Assembly (NCBI GenBank): GCA_963716795.1 | Contig: CAVQUE010000015.1 | Location: forward strand, 754,069-818,068 | DNA from: an uncultured Acidimicrobiaceae bacterium | GTDB lineage: Bacteria > Actinomycetota > Acidimicrobiia > Acidimicrobiales > UBA8592 | Length of the DNA: 64,000 nt | Reading direction: 5' to 3' | Notes under the pieces: generated by a model | Seen by the model: only the letters and a program-made list of their open reading frames with translations | Databases searched by the model: none | Told to the model about the DNA's origin: nothing | Program-made: the position numbers and the translations under genes | Shown here: positions 63,743 through 64,000 of the stretch, piece by piece | Numbering within the stretch: position 1 is the stretch's first letter | How the letters are laid out: each line of letters starts with the position of its first letter

Positions 63743-64000
63743 CGTTCGAACCATCGGTCGGGAATCGCTCGTGCCAGTACGTGCGCCATCCGTCGGCGAA
63801 GTCGGCTGCCACCGGCTCGGTCCACGCGGCATCGACCGACAGGCCACGGAGCGCAGCACCGAAGCCGCGCCACAGCCGCCACTCGGTGGCGGCGTCGTGG
63901 CGGTAGCGCCGGACGGTGGCGCCCCCGGGCTCGCGGACGTCGTAGACCGGTGACTCGGCCAAGATGGCCTTGTCGTAGTCGGCGGCATCGAACACCGGCA
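63732..64000 (-). CDS. C-terminal end of an upstream gene running off the window; hypothetical
   Basis: ...FDAADYDKAILAESPVYDVREPGGATVRRYRHDAATEWRLWRGFGAALRGL...WHERFPTDGSNDDR-stop at 63732. Overlaps the GlfT2-like start by 11 nt and is open at the window edge. Confidence 0.5.
   Translation of the reverse strand, partial: PVFDAADYDKAILAESPVYDVREPGGATVRRYRHDAATEWRLWRGFGAALRGLSVDAAWTEPVAADFADGWRTYWHERFPTDGSNDDR

Overview
High-GC (about 70%) actinobacterial-type chromosomal segment; the taxon is inferred from composition and gene content only. From left to right it holds: a partial GT4 glycosyltransferase, dtd, an lnt homologue, an SDR, a multiply frameshifted carotenoid-cleavage oxygenase, a small ORF with an in-frame TGA, hemY (frameshifted) and hemE, a P450, helD, a membrane protein and lhr. 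Next comes a Flp/Tad pilus locus: flp, cpaB, cpaE/tadZ, cpaF/tadA, a vWA-tadB fusion, tadC, and a translationally coupled RecA/KaiC/DnaB-C-like ATPase. It is followed by a MacB-type ABC exporter with a NarL-type two-component system, a 1-Cys peroxiredoxin, an SGNH lipoprotein, a cyclophilin and a LysM lipoprotein. From 39.9 to 54.8 kb almost every gene is interrupted by single-base frameshifts: M29/NicX-like, DUF3499, a PQQ-like propeller, a second ABC transporter, a GH13 glucosidase, a CN-hydrolase, an aminotransferase, PAC2 and a GT2. The window ends with an intact large GT2, a ferredoxin-sufB-sufC-sufD-sufT operon with divergent sufR, and a GlfT2-like glycosyltransferase. I recognised no rRNA, tRNA, CRISPR array, transposase or integrase. 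The strongest signals not explained by genes are: (1) a composite structured repeat element (hairpin modules plus about 235-bp tandem units) present twice in inverted orientation at 19.5-20.5 kb and 39.2-39.85 kb, bracketing 18.7 kb, with compensatory changes in one hairpin; (2) a candidate selenocysteine codon with a SECIS-like GGUC-loop hairpin in a small ORF next to the haem genes; (3) unusual Tad locus architecture; (4) sharply bounded frameshift-dense tracts. Many long ORFs in the supplied track are antisense or out-of-frame artefacts of high GC and were not annotated.
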